Shown here in pieces: positions 1 through 10,700 of a stretch of DNA of 64,000 bases. The notes below the pieces were generated by a model that worked only from the letters and a program-made list of their open reading frames with translations, searched no databases and was not told the origin of the DNA. Each line of letters opens with the position of its first letter. The stretch's first letter is position 1. The translations under genes and the position numbers were made by a program. Source of the stretch: Diplonema japonicum (taxonomy: Eukaryota > Protista > Euglenozoa: Diplonemea); NCBI GenBank assembly GCA_964019335.1, contig OZ025666.1:496001-560000 (forward strand). The letters are read 5' to 3'.

Positions 1-477
1 ATATGTCTCTATTAATTCAAAATAAATGATTTCTTTTCTGACCTGGCCGTACCTTGCCTCAGAATCCCAATGTGAAGACTTGTTTCAGGACCTTACTCAA
101 TATCCACGGACCTTCTGACCGGGCTTTAACCCCTGTTCAGTAATTCTTTGTTGCTTTAACAACTAATTGTCTTGCTAAAAAAAAAAAAAAAAAAAGACCC
201 TGTTTTCTTTATACGTCATCTCTTGAAGCATAAAGAGGCCACCCCCTTTTTTTTTGGGTTAGATTGACGAATATGGAGTTTTACATATTTCTTCCCCGTT
301 CTCCGTCCCCCCCTTCCCCCCCTTTATTTTACTCTCCCCCCCCCCCCCCCGTTCTTATATGGTCTTTCTTTTTTTTTCTTCTTCTTTTTTTCTCTTTTAT
401 ATATTCTTTTACATCCCTTTTTCTTTTTTTTTTTAACTCCCAATCTTCCGTCTCGAGAAAAAAAACATAATAAAATA

Positions 478-915
478 ATGGCTGAACCACGCAAGCTAGT
501 AGACAGCAGCGAAATAGTCCCAGGAGTATTCCTCGGTGGTGCAAAGGCCAGCAAAGACTTGGAAGGCATGCATGCAATGGGAATACAAAATATAGTCAAC
601 GTTGCTGGGAAGCAGCACCACCCTGGTGTGTTTTGCTATCACCGGTGTTATGTGGACGATCAGCCGGAGGAATCCCTCCTGCCACTGCTCCCGAGTGCTG
701 TGTCCTTCATCCACACCTCGATGTGTAAAAATCAGAAAACGCTTGTTCACTGCAGGGGCGGGATCAGTCGGTCTCCAACTGTGGTCATCGCATACCTTAT
801 GAAGCACCATAACATGTCCCTACAAGAAGCCTTCGACCTGACCAAGTCCAAACGCTACATAAACCCCAACAAAGGCTTCAAGTCCGATCTAGCTCAATGG
901 TCCATGTGTCTTTGA
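478..915 (+). CDS. Atypical dual-specificity protein phosphatase
   Basis: HCRGGISRS P-loop (HCxxGxSRS), AYLM motif, INPNKGF motif, general-acid D in VDDQP. Confidence 0.93.
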   Translation: MAEPRKLVDSSEIVPGVFLGGAKASKDLEGMHAMGIQNIVNVAGKQHHPGVFCYHRCYVDDQPEESLLPLLPSAVSFIHTSMCKNQKTLVHCRGGISRSPTVVIAYLMKHHNMSLQEAFDLTKSKRYINPNKGFKSDLAQWSMCL

Positions 916-1044
916 ACGACACAGGACCTTTTTTTTTTTTTTTTGAATCATCTAACCCCTTGTCCAAAAAAGAAAAGCCCCCCCCCCCCTCCCCCATTAC
1001 AACAAAAAGAAAAACCCTAACAGGCATTAGGGTGGGGGTGGTGA

Positions 1045-2592
1045 ATGTACCGCCGTCTCTCGTTATTCCTCGCAGCTGTTTCGTTTTTCGAGTTGGGAAG
1101 TGGTGGTGCGGTCATAGGCCCCCACCCGGGGGTGTTTGATGTGTCAGGCACAGACGGTTACAGAAGGTGTGTGCGGGTGAACTTGAAATCCTACAACGAT
1201 TTCCATTGGAACGCCACCCACTCAAATCTCCTGGCAGGAGTGGTCTCCGAGGGCCTGCGGTTGACAGATCGGTGGGTTATAAGCTTAGGCGAAACCCCAT
1301 GGGAAGGTACCGACCTGCTGCGGTACCACCCAGGCGAAAAGGTCCCCTACGACACAGCAGTGGGTATTTGCGAAGGCCTCGGCTCATGGTTGCACGATGG
1401 GAACGACTGTGAAGAATGCTGGGGATCGAAAACCGAATTGGGAGGCTGTAGGTTAACCAACGGGGAAATCTCACCGTGTGACTCCAGCCAGCTATTCACA
1501 TGCGAACGGCACGAAGACGGACAAGGCGAACTGTCGCTCCAGGTCCAACTCCGCTCGGAAGCACACCCTGAGATGGCAGCCCCTGTGTTCACCTCGTCAG
1601 ACGAGTCTGATTTCACCGAGATCCTTGTTTCAATACTGCAGTCGGGGATTAGCAGCATCAACAAGCCGCTGGTGGCTTACAAGTCACCTGCGGTGACCTG
1701 TTTCCACAACCCGCCGCTGAACTACTATGTGAAGCGGATGAGATTCGTCGTTGAGAGCGACATAGGTGCTGTTCTCGATGAACGCGCGCAGGTGCAGTTC
1801 ATAAGAATCCTTCAAACCCTGTGGAAGTGGGAGGTGTTGCTGCAGGTGTTCGACCGCAACTCCGACACCATTATCCTAGCGAGCCTCACCGCACCCGACA
1901 GCGCCGATCGGGAAGAGGTCGCAAAGGCCGCTTCCAACATCGACACAATACTAACACCCGCTTATTGCAACAACAAACTGCACGAGGACGAACACCAGGT
2001 CACCCAGGTCATCATCGGGCTAGCTGACGTTGAAAACCCCGCACAACAGGACAAAGAGGATAACACTTCACAAAAGTTGTTTATCCCTGTCATGGCCTTG
2101 ATAGGGGTGTCTGTCGTGTCTGCAGTAGTTGTGCTGCGGCAAGCGTATATCAACTCAGAAGAAGACAGTGAAAAAGATGAGGTTGGTGTCCCTGTGGTAC
2201 CGGGTCAGGATTTCCTGAACGCCAGCAACCCAGGAGGCTCTACTGTCACCGACGCGTTGAGCATCGAAGACATTGTGGAGGCTGCGACAGAGCTTCGCAG
2301 CCTTTCGCCTCGTGAACGCAACCCTGTCACCATCCCCGTCACCGCCAGACAGGAGTCTGTTTCGACAACGCACCGCACACCTCCCCTTCCTCCAAGTGCC
2401 GCCACTCTGGAACGGCTCGAAGAGCAAGAACAGCAAAACAGCAACCTTCTCTCCGTCATGGCCCAAATGGGTATCAACCCGCTTTGCTCCGAAACTGCCA
2501 GACGAGTGTTCCCCGAAACAGAAGAGCAGCATCACCGGAGACCCCCACGACTCCTCCTTAAGAAGAAGTCGAAGTTCGACCAGGCAGCATGA
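1045..2592 (+). CDS. Type I membrane protein with signal peptide, Cys-rich C-type-lectin-like ectodomain and cytoplasmic tail
   Basis: N-terminal hydrophobic signal; YDTAVGICEGLGSWL...C...FTCE pattern; one TM segment LFIPVMALIGVSVVSAVVVL. Confidence 0.65.
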   Translation: MYRRLSLFLAAVSFFELGSGGAVIGPHPGVFDVSGTDGYRRCVRVNLKSYNDFHWNATHSNLLAGVVSEGLRLTDRWVISLGETPWEGTDLLRYHPGEKVPYDTAVGICEGLGSWLHDGNDCEECWGSKTELGGCRLTNGEISPCDSSQLFTCERHEDGQGELSLQVQLRSEAHPEMAAPVFTSSDESDFTEILVSILQSGISSINKPLVAYKSPAVTCFHNPPLNYYVKRMRFVVESDIGAVLDERAQVQFIRILQTLWKWEVLLQVFDRNSDTIILASLTAPDSADREEVAKAASNIDTILTPAYCNNKLHEDEHQVTQVIIGLADVENPAQQDKEDNTSQKLFIPVMALIGVSVVSAVVVLRQAYINSEEDSEKDEVGVPVVPGQDFLNASNPGGSTVTDALSIEDIVEAATELRSLSPRERNPVTIPVTARQESVSTTHRTPPLPPSAATLERLEEQEQQNSNLLSVMAQMGINPLCSETARRVFPETEEQHHRRPPRLLLKKKSKFDQAA

Positions 2593-2614
2593 GAGCGATC
2601 AGTGCGATCTGTTA

Positions 2615-2882
2615 GACAGACATGTGCGGCAAAGGGTAACAAAAGCGCCTTTAGTACACTCGAATCTGGGTGAACCAGCGATGCATGGCTACGACAAGAG
2701 ACCATTGTTCTCGTCTACTTTTTGGAGAGACTGCGACCGATGTTCTTAACACAGATGCCATCCATGGCTGAAAGGCAAACCCGACGCTGGCACCAAGATG
2801 CAACCGCAGAATGGTGACAGACACGTGTAGGACCCAGCACCAACAACCCACCTCAATTGATCGAGTTTTGCTTTTTGTTTTT
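2615..2882 (+). mobile_element. Degenerate 3' remnant of family-A non-LTR retrotransposon
   Basis: Clear nucleotide similarity to 11590-11905 (catggctacgacaagagacc...caaccgcagaatggtgacag), ending gatcgag plus T-rich tail. Confidence 0.88.
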
Positions 2883-3877
2883 TCTTCTGGCTCTTGATTT
2901 TTGAAGATAGTTGCTGTCTTAAACTGCCTCATTTTGTCAAGAAGGCCGCTGATCTATTTTTTAGGGTAGTCCTCGAGTGGGATTTGCCCTTAAACATCGC
3001 CTTTTTTTTTAATGTTTAAACTTTTGGGATGTAAGTGTCAGTTACTTTTGGAAGGAAAAAAAAAGGGGGGAAAAGGCGGGGGCGGGTGTTAAGCATAAGG
3101 TGTTGGAAAACGATAGAAAGAAGAAGGAAACGAAAACGAAAACGAAAATAAAAGTGATGAACTTGAAGATTTAAGCTCCGCTTGCCTCTTCCCCCCCCTT
3201 TTTTTCTTTTGTTCACTCCATTTTACACTCTTTTCCTAACAAAGAGCAAGAGTAGTTTCTAGATCTCTATTCCTCCTCCCCCCTCTCCTATTCTTTTTTT
3301 TCTTTTAGCCCGCCTTTAGTTCTAACAAGAAGCGGCAATAAGTTTGGTTTCGGTTGATGTGGTACTTAACGAAAAGGACGTTCTGAGAATAAGGTCTTTT
3401 TTTTTCTTCTCTTCTTTTGTGCGCACCGTGTAATCAAGTAGACAGTACTTGTGCTGGGAGCCACCACCACTGGCCTCCTTTATCTCTTATTCTAAGGCGT
3501 CTTTTAAAAAAAAAAGGACCACATTAGTACCATAGGCTGCAACCCAGTTTTTGGTGAGTAGTGGGAACTCCAAAAGAATGTGTGCCGGCAACACCGGCCT
3601 CCTTTAACTCATATATATATTCTTTTTTGTTTTTAACTTGCCCCCCCTCCCCCCACCTTAACATCCCCCTGTGTCTCCCCCTGTGTGCTTGTAGATGTCA
3701 CATGGCAAGCTACAAGCAATAGAAGGAGGCCCAACCTTTGTTTGCACCCCCTTGTCTTATATATACCCGGGTATAATAAGCCGAGGAGGTTGTTTCCCCC
3801 CCCCTTTTTTTTTCTTTTACGTTACGTTAATATTTTTAGAAGAGAAAAAAAAAAAGAAGAAGCGCAGTTTTTTTTTT

Positions 3878-4140
3878 AGAGTGAATAGGTGGGAAGACGG
3901 CTATGGGTTTCGCCAGGAGGCCCATCTTCGCCACCCACTCCACGCACGACAAGCTGATGGAACTGAAAGCCGCTTACAAGCGAGACCGCATCACACGACT
4001 CCGCAAGACGCTCAAGGCCTCGATTGGAACGAAAGCAATGCTCCAGAAGGGGAGTATAAATAGATAGCCCCCCCCCCCCAACCCACCCAAGGGCGGCCCT
4101 CCATGAGGGGGTTTGTCCTGCACTTTGAGTTTTTTTTTTT
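3878..4140 (+). mobile_element. 3' remnant of a third, diverged retrotransposon family
   Basis: One frame reads IGGKTAMGFARRPIF...; the 3' end reads MLQKGEYK*; homologous to IGGTKAAIGWSRRAIF...LLKGDRCR*; bounded by T runs. Confidence 0.7.
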
Positions 4141-4315
4141 CTGAAAGGTCTATTTTTAATTCTGTTTTTTTTTTAAAGAAAGATCCCTTTTATAGGTAAT
4201 GATTTTTTGTCTTTTACCCCCCCCCTTTTCCCGTGTCGGCTAAAGGGGAATATGCTTGCGAGGCATCCCTGTCCGGCGCTATGCTTTTTTTTTCTTTCTT
4301 TTTTTACAAAACAAG

Positions 4316-5050
4316 GACAGGCTCGAGAAGACCCAGCGTTACCTGCTGGCTGTGGTGGGGGAACGCGACGCAGCCCTGCAGGCAAAGAGGCAGCAGATCT
4401 ACCGGACACACCAATGGCTGGAGATCACGGAGGGGGAGGCACACCCAGCACCAACAGAGGAGGAGTTCGCGAGGCTGCAGACCGGCAACACCCTGAAGGA
4501 GTACACGAAACCGGTGCTGAAATGGCTCAAGCAGCTGCGCTGGTATGGAGGGAACAGAAGCACGGCAGTGTCGACGGTGGAGCTGGCGCTGGATTTCGAA
4601 AACGTGACCCAGAAATCCCTTGGAGGGAAGCTAGGGGAGTTGGCAGAGGTGCGACAGAAGGCCAGGAGACTGCACACGGTGATGAAGAAGGTGTGGAACA
4701 CATGGGAACTAGGGAGACTGCAGAAGAAGGTGAAAGGAAGGAGGGCCTTCCCTGCTGAACCATGCAAGAGAGTACATACGCTGCGATCAATCGGAGGGAC
4801 GAAGGCGGCGATCGGGTGGAGTAGAAGAGCAATCTTTGCATCAACGAAGACCAAGTACGACCTGGAGGAGCTGGGGAAGCAATGGGCAAAGGAAAGAAGG
4901 GAAAAAGTAGCCAAGCTGGGGAGGAGGCCGGCACGACCACCGAAGAAGGAGAAACCGCTGCTGAAGGGGGATAGGTGCAGGTAGAGCATGAGAACAAGGG
5001 GGCGTCTCACAAAGACTTCCTTTAACTCATATATATTTTTTTTTTTTTTA
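4316..5050 (+). mobile_element. 5'-truncated family-B non-LTR retrotransposon
   Basis: Encodes ORF2 C-terminal domain (WLKQLRWY..STVELALDFE..KGDRCR*); closely similar to 34810-35520; ends cctttaactcata plus T run. Confidence 0.9.
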
Positions 5051-5307
5051 CATACCCTTCGGCAACTTGGGGGGCCGACGGCTACGACAGGAGACCACTC
5101 TTCTCGAGCCAACCCGCGCCCCCTGCCTAGCACGGCACACCACGTAATGTTTCTCGACCAGATGCCGTCCATCTCATCACGACAAGCAGCCACCGCAGGC
5201 ACCAAACAGCTACTGTAGAAGGGTGACCGATTGGTGTGAATTTCTTTCTGAACAGTGAGCACCCTCGTGTTCACTGAATTTTTTTTTATCATCGAGTTTT
5301 TTTTTTT
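5051..5307 (+). mobile_element. 3' remnant of family-A subfamily matching the end of 11981-16435
   Basis: acccttcggcaacttgggggccgacg...ggtgaccgattggtgtga matches 16180-16371; 3' stem-loop then atcgag plus T run. Confidence 0.88.
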
Positions 5308-5334
5308 CCAGGGGGTTAGAGTAATCATAAACAA

Positions 5335-7734
5335 ATGAACAAGACAAACAAAGGAAGTGCCAATTCTGGTAACGGTGGGGCCTCCACGCGGCAGCCCCTG
5401 GGTGTCAAGTCCTCTAAGACTGGCAGCAAACCCACCGGGCCAGGAGGAGCAGTAGTGAAGGAAGCGGTAAGGCGTCTTGCCAAGCTGGTGGGCTTGAAGA
5501 CGCTGAGCCCAGCGGGAGCGGAAGGGGAGTGCCTGTACGAAGCGACGGCCATGTGCATACATGGCAGGGAGGGGAAGGATGCCGCAGGAGGGCTGAGAGC
5601 GGCAGCAGTGGCGGAGCTGGACAGGGAGGACCTGTCGAACCTGATGCTGGGCAGTGAGGAGGAAAAACCTGCTATGTGGCAGGAGTACAAGACGGCGGCC
5701 GCAAGGCGCGGGGCATGGGGTGATGCTCTGATGATTGCCATGATGGCGAGGGTCACCGGAAGGACCTTCCTGGTGTACACCGAGCGAGACGGGAAGCTGG
5801 CGGTGTCAACCACGAGGCCGGCAGCAGTACACGCAGACCCCAGTGCTGGGAGGATATGCTTGGGATACGCAGAGGGACACTTTGTGTGCTTCGAGGGAGA
5901 TGACGAGGACGAGGAGCCGGAGGCGACACCGTACGACCCTCCAAGACTATTCCCCGTGCCAATGCGAAGCCCTTGGAAGGGAGACAGCCGCAAGAAGACA
6001 ACTGAAGGCGAGCTGATGGAGGACGGATGGACGATGCGTGTCCTGCCATGGGAGGGAATGGAAACGCCTGTTACCAGGGCGGTCTACCAAGTACCACATG
6101 GTGAGGAAACGGCGGCGGCGAGCTGGCTGAAGGAGGCAGATGACAGGCCGACGATGGTGTCGTGGTCGCGGCTCCCCTTCTACAAAGGGACGAACATGGA
6201 GGTGCTGCTATCGGTGCAGGAAGGCAAAGGTGTCGCAGCGAGGCGGATGTTTCGGACATCAAAGACGGACGCGGCTGCGGAGCAGATAGAAGTGGAGGCC
6301 GCCGACAAAGAAGGTGACGAGGACACGGCGGCGCAGTACAGCTCGGAGCTATACTTGGTGAAGACGACGAAGGACCCGGAAGGTAAGGCCAGACTCGCCA
6401 TGGAAGCATGGGTGAAGCGCCGCCTCAAGGGGAGATTCGTGCTCGGCAGAGGCTCGAAGAGCCACGGGATGGTGCAGGTCCCGATAACGGTGAGGAGGGC
6501 CGATGCGGCGCCCCTGCTGACCAAAAGCGGGGAGGAAGACGTGATGGTCAGGCAGAGATACGAGGCCACAGACCTACTGCCCGTACTCTGGCTCGAAGGA
6601 ACCCCCCTCAAGAAGGTGCAACAGCTGGCAGTTGAGGTCGGAGGCCTGGGTGCGACGTACAAACTCCGGGGGGAGATAATCACGTACGGCATTCGTGCCC
6701 CACGGGATGCCTTACGTGACATCCAAAGGGTGATCGAAGACAGGTACGCTTCGATGCGTGTGGAGGCGGCTGCAGAGAGAGGCTCGCTTTACCAAGTGGA
6801 GGGAGTGCCCGTCGACATCAACGGGATCGAACTGGAAGGGAGGCTAGAGGCCTGGGGGTGGAGGGTCAAGGCGGTTAGAGGACTGATCACCTACGGCAGA
6901 AGAAGGTCCTGGGCGGTGTCAGCAGATGGACCACCCCCCGACCTGGCCCTCAACATCAGACGGATGCTATGGACGATACGCCCTCACACACCAATCGTGA
7001 AGGCAAAGAAGAAGACGAGAGAAGGAAGAAACACACTTCCTGACAACGTGAAGTGGGCGGGCCCGAGGAAGCAAGAGCCGGAGGCCACAGACAAGAAGCA
7101 GGCGACGACTACAGGAGTTGCGAATGATGCCGCCAAAGCCCCTGCGACGAAGAAACAGCAGACTGAGGTGGCACCCACACCGGAGCAGATTGACATTGAG
7201 ATGACAACACCAACCGAGAAGCCGCTGGCACCAGCCCCGCGACCCCCAGCACAACCTCAGCTGCCGACAAGAGGACACGGTGGCATGACGGCCGACGAAT
7301 TTGAGCTGTGGCGGAAGAAGAAGGAAGAAGAGTACGCTGTGGAACGGCGGGAGTCGGAGACGCGGATTGTGGAGCTGGAACGGAAAACAGCCAGCATGAT
7401 GCAGTCGATCGTGAGTGTCGACAACAGGATGGCGACGCTCAGCAGGGAGGTAGGCACGCTTCACGAGAAGATGGAAGGCGTGACGGGGCAGCTGGGGAAG
7501 ATCAGCAGCTTCATCGAGAAGGTCACGATGACGATGAACAGCCTGCAGGAGGATGTGCGATCCCTACGGACGACAAAGAGAACTGCGTCTTATGCGGATA
7601 GGGAAGGTGGGGAGATCCACACAGACACACCGAAAAGACGCACCCCTGGAACAGCAGAGATTGTCCCATTACAGATCACAGGCGGACCGGCCCCGATATC
7701 GCTACACCAAGGAGCCTCGACACCGAGACATTGA
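5335..7734 (+). CDS. Retrotransposon ORF1: N-terminal OTU-like cysteine protease domain, central domain and C-terminal coiled coil
   Basis: EGECLYEA (OTU Cys loop), WG motif, LGYAEGHF (His loop); heptad-rich region RIVELERK...LQEDVRSL. Confidence 0.75.
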   Translation: MNKTNKGSANSGNGGASTRQPLGVKSSKTGSKPTGPGGAVVKEAVRRLAKLVGLKTLSPAGAEGECLYEATAMCIHGREGKDAAGGLRAAAVAELDREDLSNLMLGSEEEKPAMWQEYKTAAARRGAWGDALMIAMMARVTGRTFLVYTERDGKLAVSTTRPAAVHADPSAGRICLGYAEGHFVCFEGDDEDEEPEATPYDPPRLFPVPMRSPWKGDSRKKTTEGELMEDGWTMRVLPWEGMETPVTRAVYQVPHGEETAAASWLKEADDRPTMVSWSRLPFYKGTNMEVLLSVQEGKGVAARRMFRTSKTDAAAEQIEVEAADKEGDEDTAAQYSSELYLVKTTKDPEGKARLAMEAWVKRRLKGRFVLGRGSKSHGMVQVPITVRRADAAPLLTKSGEEDVMVRQRYEATDLLPVLWLEGTPLKKVQQLAVEVGGLGATYKLRGEIITYGIRAPRDALRDIQRVIEDRYASMRVEAAAERGSLYQVEGVPVDINGIELEGRLEAWGWRVKAVRGLITYGRRRSWAVSADGPPPDLALNIRRMLWTIRPHTPIVKAKKKTREGRNTLPDNVKWAGPRKQEPEATDKKQATTTGVANDAAKAPATKKQQTEVAPTPEQIDIEMTTPTEKPLAPAPRPPAQPQLPTRGHGGMTADEFELWRKKKEEEYAVERRESETRIVELERKTASMMQSIVSVDNRMATLSREVGTLHEKMEGVTGQLGKISSFIEKVTMTMNSLQEDVRSLRTTKRTASYADREGGEIHTDTPKRRTPGTAEIVPLQITGGPAPISLHQGASTPRH

Positions 7735-7758
7735 ACGAGGGCTGACTATGAAGCAGCA

Positions 7759-10700
7759 ATGAGCGGAGGAGCGGAGTGTGGGATCCCACATGATTCACTT
7801 ACAATAACTTCACTCAATGTGGGATCCTTAGCAAATAAGATCGAAGGAGTACTGGCGATGGGGAGCGACATCACGTGCTTGCAAGAGGTGAAGCTCACGA
7901 GCGTAGGACAGGAGATGATGACGAGGCATGTCGAGCAGGACGGGAGATTCAGCCCGCTGTGGGGTGAACCACGACCGGGAATCGTGGTAGACGGACAAGA
8001 GAGCCCGAATAAAGCGCAGCGCGGAGGTGTGGGTCTGATGGTACAGAAGAACAGACCAACCATACTGCAGAAAGCTGCATCGGCGAAAGAGGACGGCAGG
8101 TGGTTACATGCAATGGTCAATCTCGACGGACGAGACACATGGCTACACTTGTTCGTGGTCTACTGCCACTCTGGGCACCAGAACAAGACGAAGAGAGAAC
8201 GGTTGCTGGACAAGATTCTGAACGAGATGCGAAGCCTGCTGGGAGAGGTGCCCATTATGGTTCTGGGAGACATGAACACTGAGGTGCAGGACTCACCAGT
8301 TCTACAACAAGCTGTCGCCAACGACTGGGTCGACGCAGCGGCACTGCAGGCACTGGATGAGGACAAGGGGCCTGAGCACACATTCGTCAGGCAAGCAACG
8401 AACACACGAACGAGGATTGACTACGCCCTACTCAACCCGATAGCTGCTGCCGGGTTGCAACGAACATGGGTCCACGACACGGTGCATACAAACGAGCATA
8501 GGTGCCTGTCAGTCAAAATATGTATACCGGGGATCAAACAGCGCACCTTCAGGTACTTCGTACCAAAAGAGCTGCCGATGAAACGTGACGACGAACTTGC
8601 GGAACGACTACTCCAAGAGGCGGGATATGACGAGCTTTGTCAAGAGGGTGACACGGACAAGCTCTACACAAAGCTAGCTGACCTGACCGAGCGATATGGT
8701 GTTACGGGAGTGGAACAACAACGGCCATATAGAGGGAGAGCGGCAGTGAACAAGCCCGTGGAGAGATGCATCACAGCGAAGTCCGCCAGAGGGGCGATAG
8801 GAGCGGTGGTGGGGAAGCAAAAAGCTGCTAGTGCAATCATGAGGAAAACACGACACCTTGACAAGGAGCTGACGACAGTGTTGAGAAACGGGTCGATTGG
8901 AGCTCTGGCGAACGCAACCATGAACACGTGGAAAAACGTGTGTGAAGGCGTCCGGAAGCTAGATTGGAACTTGGAGACAGAAAGGGACCTGCTGAAAGGG
9001 GACCTGGACGAGGCACAGATTGAAGTACAACGGCTGGACGAAGCCCTAGCACAAAGGGTGCGGGAGCTTGACAAGAGAGCGAGAATGCGGAGAGAAGCAA
9101 AGTATGAAGAGCGTTTGAACACACACTTCCGCGAGGAAAGGCGGAGGATGACGGCCTTTGTGAGGAACTCCCAAACGGCAGGAGCACAAGCCGTGGCGAA
9201 CAGCGAGGGGGCGATGACGGCGGACCTCAGAGAGATGGATGGGATGATGCACGAGGAATGGGACAGGATCTTCTGCCTGTACGAAGAGGGCGGAGAGCCG
9301 AAGTACCAAGACTTCAAAGAACGATACGGTGCATACATCGAGAAGAACGAGATGGCCTTGCTCCCGCTGACGGGGAGCGACTTGCGAGAGGTGCTGATGA
9401 AGAAAACAAAGAAGACCTCTCCAGGTGTCGATGGATGGAGAATGGCGGAGCTACGAGCCATGCCACAAGTGCTGCTTGATGCGTGGGCAAAGATGTTCAA
9501 TGTGATTGAGGTAAGTGGCAGATGGCCAGAGGCTCTGCTCACAGCTCTTGTCACCTTAGTGCCGAAAGGCGGAGAGAAGACGCCGCTGAACCACAGACCG
9601 ATAACAGTGACAAGCGCGGTCTACAGGCTGTGGGCATGTGCCAGGCTACAGAACATCATTCCGTGGCAGGAAGGATGGATACACCCAACGCAGCATGGCT
9701 TCAGGCCGAAAAGAGGAACCGACAGCTTGCTAATGGAGCTCAGCACGCAACTGGAGGAGGCGCTGCTACATCAAATACCGCTGAATGGTTTAGCGCTAGA
9801 CTTTGTCAAGTGCTTTGATCGCATCCCGCAGGAGGTGGCGTTTGGGTTGATGGAAGACCTAGGAATGCACGGCCGAATCTTGAGGCCGCTACGAGGGATG
9901 TACGCGCGCATGAAACGACGTTTCCGGTTCCCAATCGGTGTAGGGCGCGAGTTCCGTGTGACGAACGGGATTCTACAAGGCTGCCCGATATCCGTCATCA
10001 TGGTGAACGCGATGGTGTCGGTGATGGTGAGGTGTGTGACAGTTGAAGTGCCGGGGGCATGGTCCTTATCATACGCCGATGATGCCTACTTGCTCGCAAT
10101 TCTCAGGAAGGCCCTCAAAGCTGCAGCAGAAAAAACGGTGGAGTTCTGTAACGCAACGGGCATGCTACTAAATATGGACAAATCACATGCGTTCACCACA
10201 AAAACGGATGAACTAGAGGAGAAGTTAGAATGCTCTGACATGTCCTTCAAGGTCAAACAAGAGGTGAAGTCGTTGGGTGTAATGCTATGCACAGACGGGA
10301 AACACCGACTCACGAAGACAAAATCGGCGGAAGACGAACTTGCGCGACTCGGCGCGCTACCACTCACGTTTCATAACAAGACGGAAATGTTACTCGGCAC
10401 GGTGCTGCCAGCATGCCTATACGGAGCGACGTACGCTGAGCCGTCTGAAGACCTGCTGAAAAGACTTAGGACGGCGGCAGCGAAGGCCTTGTGGGGCCCG
10501 CACTTTACGATGAGGAACCCGATTGCCCTACTCAGCGTAGCGCTACCTGGCCACACAGCCCTACCTGAAGCGAAAGTTTGCTACACCGCGATCAACTGCA
10601 TCGCGAGAGAGGGGAGAGGGTCGGAGGAGCTATGGAGCCGAATCAAGAAGATAGCTCAGATATATGAAGATACGGAGCTACCAGCAGTGGGGCCAGTGGG

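Noticed and set aside
8664-9554. Long antisense ORFs over the retrotransposon and coiled-coil genes (also 4399-5562, 25058-25984, 44009-45418)
   Set aside because: Expected from codon bias on the + strand; no independent motifs.
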